DNA from: Polyangiaceae bacterium | GTDB lineage: Bacteria > Myxococcota_A > Polyangia > Polyangiales > Polyangiaceae | DNA length: 64,000 nt | Assembly: GCA_016712345.1 (NCBI GenBank) | Contig: JADJRH010000002.1 | Location: forward strand, 264,466-328,465 | Direction: 5' to 3' | Part shown: positions 60,191 through 64,000 of the stretch, piece after piece | Position numbering within the stretch: position 1 is the first letter of the stretch | Layout of the letters: each line of letters opens with the position of its first letter | Program-made: the position numbers and the translations under genes | The notes under the pieces: model-generated | What the model was told of the DNA's origin: nothing | The model's database searches: none | The model's input: only the letters and a program-made list of their open reading frames with translations

Positions 60191-62008
60191 TTATCGCAGT
60201 TTATGATCCCATGAACCTACCCGGTATGACGCCAATGCGCGTTTGGCCGCACCCGTCAGCGGGGCAAGGGCAGGGGTAAGATCCGTGAGCCAGGCTGCCA
60301 AATCAACCTTCTCGGTCACTCCACAGCGCGACCGCAACTCTGAAAGACGCAGCCCCATCTCGCGTCGCGTCAGCTCTCCCGACAGAAGCTCTTCCACAAC
60401 CACCGCGGGACTCCACGGTCGACCCCGCCGATACCGCGCCGATGGGTCGAGCTTCGCGTTTGCCAGCGCCGATTTCCAAGCTGATTTGTCGAGCCGCTCG
60501 TCGGAGTCGACCATGGGGCCAAACAGCGTTTCAAGCGCGTTTGCGGCGTCGTCGGCCAAATCTTCGTCACCCAATTGAGCCGTCAGATAAGACCAGGCAC
60601 CCGGATGTCCAAATCGAGCCAGGGTAGACAAGGTGGCGGCCGACTTTGGAACCCGCGCAAGCAAGTTGGCAAGAAGTGTGTTGTCCTCACTGTTTCCCGC
60701 ACGAACAAGCACTTCCCCGGCGAGCTGCGAAAGCCTGGATGTTTCAGGTGCGCCGCTTTTAAGCGCGCGGTACGGATCTTCCAAACCCCACGCGAGCAGC
60801 GTGGACGCCGCCGTACAGGCCACCGTTGCATCCGGGAAGGTGAGCCATTTGCGTACGACGGGGAAAAGCGGTTCGGCAGCCGTTACATCAAGCCGGCGGG
60901 CCGCCCATAGAGCTGCGCGCAGAACGGTAAGATCGGGATCAAACAAAAAGGACCGGAGCTGGTCAATGGGTAGAGCCTGTTTTCTACCCAGGAAGTAGAC
61001 CGCCACGGCCCTGCAAGGTGAGTGGGGATGTTGAAGCAGTCGCCGCGAGAATTCGTCGAGTTCTGGGTGGGGAGAACAGGCCAGGGCCTCAAAAGCCTTG
61101 TGCGCGGCGAGGGCATCCGTCGGTGCCAACCGTAACAGTCCGTATTCTACCGCGTCAAGAATATCCGAACCCGAAAAACTCCCCAACGCGAATACCGCGG
61201 CCCAGGTGTTCCAAGGGTTGGGCGACGAAAGTGAACGGCCCCAGGCGCCCACAAGAATGGGGACAATCGCACCGCCGATGCTGACCATTGCGTCCACGTG
61301 GGCGAGGATGCGCGCTTCAACCTCCGAACGAGCGGCAAAGGGCCTTTCTGCCCGGTGCCTTCCCAACATGGAAAGGCGGTCGAGCGCGAGCACTACAATC
61401 TCTTCATGGAGCAAATGCTCATCGATGGCGCCTCCTTTGCCATCGATCGCGGTTACCACCGGAGGCGGCCCTTTGGGTAGATCGGGATCGGGTTGACCTC
61501 GCCCCAAGGCAGCCGGAGCCGGTTTAAAATCGTCAAATGGGGACGGCAGATCGTCATTTTCGGGCGCAGCGGTTACAGTTTCGAGTGGTGTTGTTGTTGC
61601 AGCAGAAGAGACGCTCGCGGGTAGAAAAACGTCTCGGACGGGCGACTTCAAAACAACCCGTTCAGGTTCGGCCACAAGCAGCGTTGGGATTGTGGGCGTT
61701 GGGAGCGTTCCAACCGAGGGGTGGAGAAGCGCTTGGCACCGTAGGCTTTCACCGTAGGCCCGCGCCACCGTTTGCAGCGTTTCAAGGTCGAGCGCATGGT
61801 TACCTGCCAACACCGTGGCGCGCTGTGCGAGGGTGGAAACCGCGCGCGTTACAGCATCCAGATTGGGTGGGCCTCCCAAGCCTTCCACTGTGTCGAGCAA
61901 AGCGCCCAGCGGGGTTTGGATGGATGTTTTCCAGGTGCCATCTGGCATGGAAGCAATGCGGTCAAAGGCGGCTCGCAGGTGTTTTGCGAGGTCTTTCGCG
62001 GAGGTCAT
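60191..62008 (-). CDS. large hypothetical protein (possible T6SS cargo)
   Basis: Start chosen at MTSAKDL, giving a 4-nt overlap with the upstream gene. Helical, HEAT-like C-terminal half. No motif recognised. Confidence 0.35.
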   Translation of the reverse strand: MTSAKDLAKHLRAAFDRIASMPDGTWKTSIQTPLGALLDTVEGLGGPPNLDAVTRAVSTLAQRATVLAGNHALDLETLQTVARAYGESLRCQALLHPSVGTLPTPTIPTLLVAEPERVVLKSPVRDVFLPASVSSAATTTPLETVTAAPENDDLPSPFDDFKPAPAALGRGQPDPDLPKGPPPVVTAIDGKGGAIDEHLLHEEIVVLALDRLSMLGRHRAERPFAARSEVEARILAHVDAMVSIGGAIVPILVGAWGRSLSSPNPWNTWAAVFALGSFSGSDILDAVEYGLLRLAPTDALAAHKAFEALACSPHPELDEFSRRLLQHPHSPCRAVAVYFLGRKQALPIDQLRSFLFDPDLTVLRAALWAARRLDVTAAEPLFPVVRKWLTFPDATVACTAASTLLAWGLEDPYRALKSGAPETSRLSQLAGEVLVRAGNSEDNTLLANLLARVPKSAATLSTLARFGHPGAWSYLTAQLGDEDLADDAANALETLFGPMVDSDERLDKSAWKSALANAKLDPSARYRRGRPWSPAVVVEELLSGELTRREMGLRLSELRSRCGVTEKVDLAAWLTDLTPALAPLTGAAKRALASYRVGSWDHKLR

Positions 62009-63057
62009 GAGGCACCCAACCTTACCCATGCTCCGCCGCGGAGGCCGTCGGGAGAAATCGCCCATGAAAAGTGGGCTTTGGTGTCGGCCGGAGTCACCGG
62101 CAGATGATGCCGCAACGTGGAAACGCCCCACACGACATTGGCAACACCCGCCGCGGCGCCCATTCTACCCACGTAATCTTCCGCACCTGAAAAGGTGCAT
62201 GCCGGGCCAAACATTTCAGCGTTTCGGGCCGAAGCAAAGTTCCACTCCTGACTCCGAAAATCATCCACCATACTCTGTCCAAATACGGCGCCCACCGCCT
62301 CGCCCTGGGCTGTCTCTCGAAATACCTTTCCCAGCGCCGTGCCGTCGGGCGGCTCGTCGTTGTCGTCGGCCGAGACGCTCTTCGACACAGCGCTTTTCAC
62401 GATGGAGGCTATCACCTGACTGCCGGCGCGGCGCGCTCCGGGTGGAGTCATCAGCGCCAACGCGGCGGCACCTTCGGAAAAGGGGAGAGGGTCGCGCGCC
62501 CAAGGACTTGGGGGGTGAGTGAGATGGTAGGCGAGAACATTCAGGTCGACAAACGAGTCAACAGCGACCACGCAGAGAATCGAACTCGCGCTTTTTACAG
62601 CAAGTGACTCTGCATCGCGGAGGGTAGAAAAAACACCCGCCTCCCCATGCGTTTTTGAAGCGAGTGAAGCGCCGCAGTCCGACGCCAGGGCGCGAGCGAG
62701 ATCATCGGCCGACCGCGCGCTGAAAAGGTCCGACGGAGCGCGTGTACACACCGCGAGCGAAAGTGTGAGATCGGTAACATCGGGTTTTTCACCTTCGCGC
62801 GGCGTGAGAAATCCAAGTTGTCGAAGTGGGTCAAGCGCGTCTTTTACCGCGCGTTTTGCCATGAGAAAAAGCCGCTCCGAAAGAGGAACCTTGGCTCCAA
62901 TGTGGCGGCAATATCGAACATCTACCCGTTTGTCTTGGGCGTCGACAAAAGGGGAAGGTGACGGTGCCGGTAGGCCCGCGGCGCTGAAGAACACGTGCTG
63001 CTGCGGAGTGAAACCCACCGGCGAAACAAGCCCGGTGCCCACGATCGCAAGTGTCAT
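62005..63057 (-). CDS. hypothetical protein with beta-ketoacyl-synthase-like N-terminus
   Basis: MTLAIVGTGLVSPVGFT resembles the KAS/thiolase-fold N-terminus, but no Cys-His-His catalytic constellation is evident. 4-nt overlaps with both neighbours. Confidence 0.3.
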   Translation of the reverse strand: MTLAIVGTGLVSPVGFTPQQHVFFSAAGLPAPSPSPFVDAQDKRVDVRYCRHIGAKVPLSERLFLMAKRAVKDALDPLRQLGFLTPREGEKPDVTDLTLSLAVCTRAPSDLFSARSADDLARALASDCGASLASKTHGEAGVFSTLRDAESLAVKSASSILCVVAVDSFVDLNVLAYHLTHPPSPWARDPLPFSEGAAALALMTPPGARRAGSQVIASIVKSAVSKSVSADDNDEPPDGTALGKVFRETAQGEAVGAVFGQSMVDDFRSQEWNFASARNAEMFGPACTFSGAEDYVGRMGAAAGVANVVWGVSTLRHHLPVTPADTKAHFSWAISPDGLRGGAWVRLGAS

Positions 63058-64000
63058 GTGTGTCCCGTTTCACCGCTCTGTTTGGAAGAGTTGTTGATTT
63101 TGATGTTCGCGGCATCAATGAGTACACCGCTGTCGGACGCTGTGACGGTTGTTCCTCCCACGTTAAAGCTCACCTTGGCGCCTTTCATGGTGAGGGAACC
63201 GGCCACAGTGAGAGAAATCGAGGCGGCCGACTTGATGGTATGTTTCGCTTTGGAGACGCTTTTCAGCGACCCTGCGATTTGGGTATTGATAGGCCCTTTC
63301 ACATCACGCGACATAGGGCCTTTGGTTTCGATCTTGAGACTGCCCAACGTTTCGGTAGAAGCGCCGAGCACGGATACTCCACCCCGCGCGGCTTTGGTAG
63401 AATAACTACCCGCGATGAGAAACGTGGAAGCTCCCACGGTGTGCCAGCCGACATTGCCCGGCGAAACGGCCGCGTACGTGCTTCCGATCATCTCCATCAT
63501 GGCCCCTTTTACACCCGTGTTGCGGTGCCCCGGACCGGGCCCCGCCGCCGCGGATGAATCGCTCGCCCCGGATCCGCCTCCACCGCCGGCGCTGTCGCCG
63601 GGAGGGGCCGCACCCGCTTCCCATGGCGCGGGTTGGGCAATGCCTTGGACAGTGGAGAGAATGGCATCACCCCCCGGGATCATACCCGCTCCAACACCGA
63701 GAGCGCTCATTCCCGCACCTGACAGAGCACCGCGCCAACCGCCTGTTCTGTAACCTTCCACAGCCGCCATCCCAGCGCCGCCAACCGCCGCGGCCACGGC
63801 TCCCCATGTTCCCGCTGCGCCCACACCTGAAAGTACCGCCGCTTTTCCGAGATTGGTAAGCCCCGTGACCGGATCGCCAACTTTTTCAAGTACGGCGGCT
63901 CCTACCATGACCGATTCACTACCCACTAGAATAATGGTTTTCCCTTTGACATAGATCTTTTGCGATCCACCCACCGTTGCCGACTGCGATCCCACAGCGG
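63054..64000 (-). CDS. C-terminal part of a VgrG-like / phage-spike beta-helix protein (N-terminus beyond window)
   Basis: Periodic Gly/hydrophobic beta-helix-like repeats (SLKIETKGPMSRDVKGPINTQIAGSLKSVSKAKHTIKSAASISLTVAGSLTMKGAKVSFNVGG) and a Gly/Ala-rich segment. The ORF runs off the 3' window edge. Confidence 0.35.
   Translation of the reverse strand, partial: AVGSQSATVGGSQKIYVKGKTIILVGSESVMVGAAVLEKVGDPVTGLTNLGKAAVLSGVGAAGTWGAVAAAVGGAGMAAVEGYRTGGWRGALSGAGMSALGVGAGMIPGGDAILSTVQGIAQPAPWEAGAAPPGDSAGGGGGSGASDSSAAAGPGPGHRNTGVKGAMMEMIGSTYAAVSPGNVGWHTVGASTFLIAGSYSTKAARGGVSVLGASTETLGSLKIETKGPMSRDVKGPINTQIAGSLKSVSKAKHTIKSAASISLTVAGSLTMKGAKVSFNVGGTTVTASDSGVLIDAANIKINNSSKQSGETGHT

Noticed and set aside
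1-64000. Mobile elements (IS/transposase, integrase, phage structural genes), rRNA, tRNA, riboswitches
   Set aside because: No transposase DDE motifs, tyrosine-recombinase RHRY box, tRNA cloverleaf candidates or conserved riboswitch cores were recognised on reading. Intergenic regions are short.

Overview
This is a moderate-GC (about 55-60%) Myxococcota-like chromosomal segment. Supporting signs are a MYXO-CTERM sorting tail, many lipoproteins and a giant Ser/Thr kinase. No rRNA, tRNA, CRISPR array, transposase or integrase was recognised. The backbone genes in order are: a DUF4388 protein, a YkgJ Cys-cluster protein, a PhnD-like binding protein, the YeaH-SpoVR sporulation/stress pair, a TPR lipoprotein, a four-gene minus-strand array (DHH phosphoesterase, M50 protease and two translationally coupled PF01637-like ATPases with winged-helix domains), a fatty-acid-CoA ligase, a MYXO-CTERM beta-helix protein, an FHA protein, a parvulin PPIase and adjacent PPi- and ATP-dependent phosphofructokinases. 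There is a near-complete urate-to-glyoxylate purine catabolic island: a PuuD-cytochrome c fusion, a frameshifted HIU hydrolase, an allantoicase-OHCU decarboxylase fusion, allantoinase, rubredoxin and ureidoglycolate lyase. Further downstream lie NnrS, a PDZ lipoprotein, an EEP nuclease/phosphatase, a GH5 hydrolase, a flavin monooxygenase and a hybrid sensor kinase. The 3' 15 kb is accessory-like. It holds a 1649-aa tandem kinase-(pseudo)kinase-AAA-TPR STAND protein translationally coupled to a GlnD/DUF294-type nucleotidyltransferase, several Cys-rich or Kelch lipoproteins, and a probable type VI secretion cargo island (partial VgrG-like spike, two coupled unknown genes, a convergent DUF2169 adaptor). 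Two octamers are strongly over-represented: the palindrome GTGTACAC (14 or more copies) and ATCTACCC/GGGTAGAT (about 20 copies, sense-strand biased and concentrated at 50-63 kb). All calls rest on motif-level reading of the supplied ORF translations; no database search was possible.
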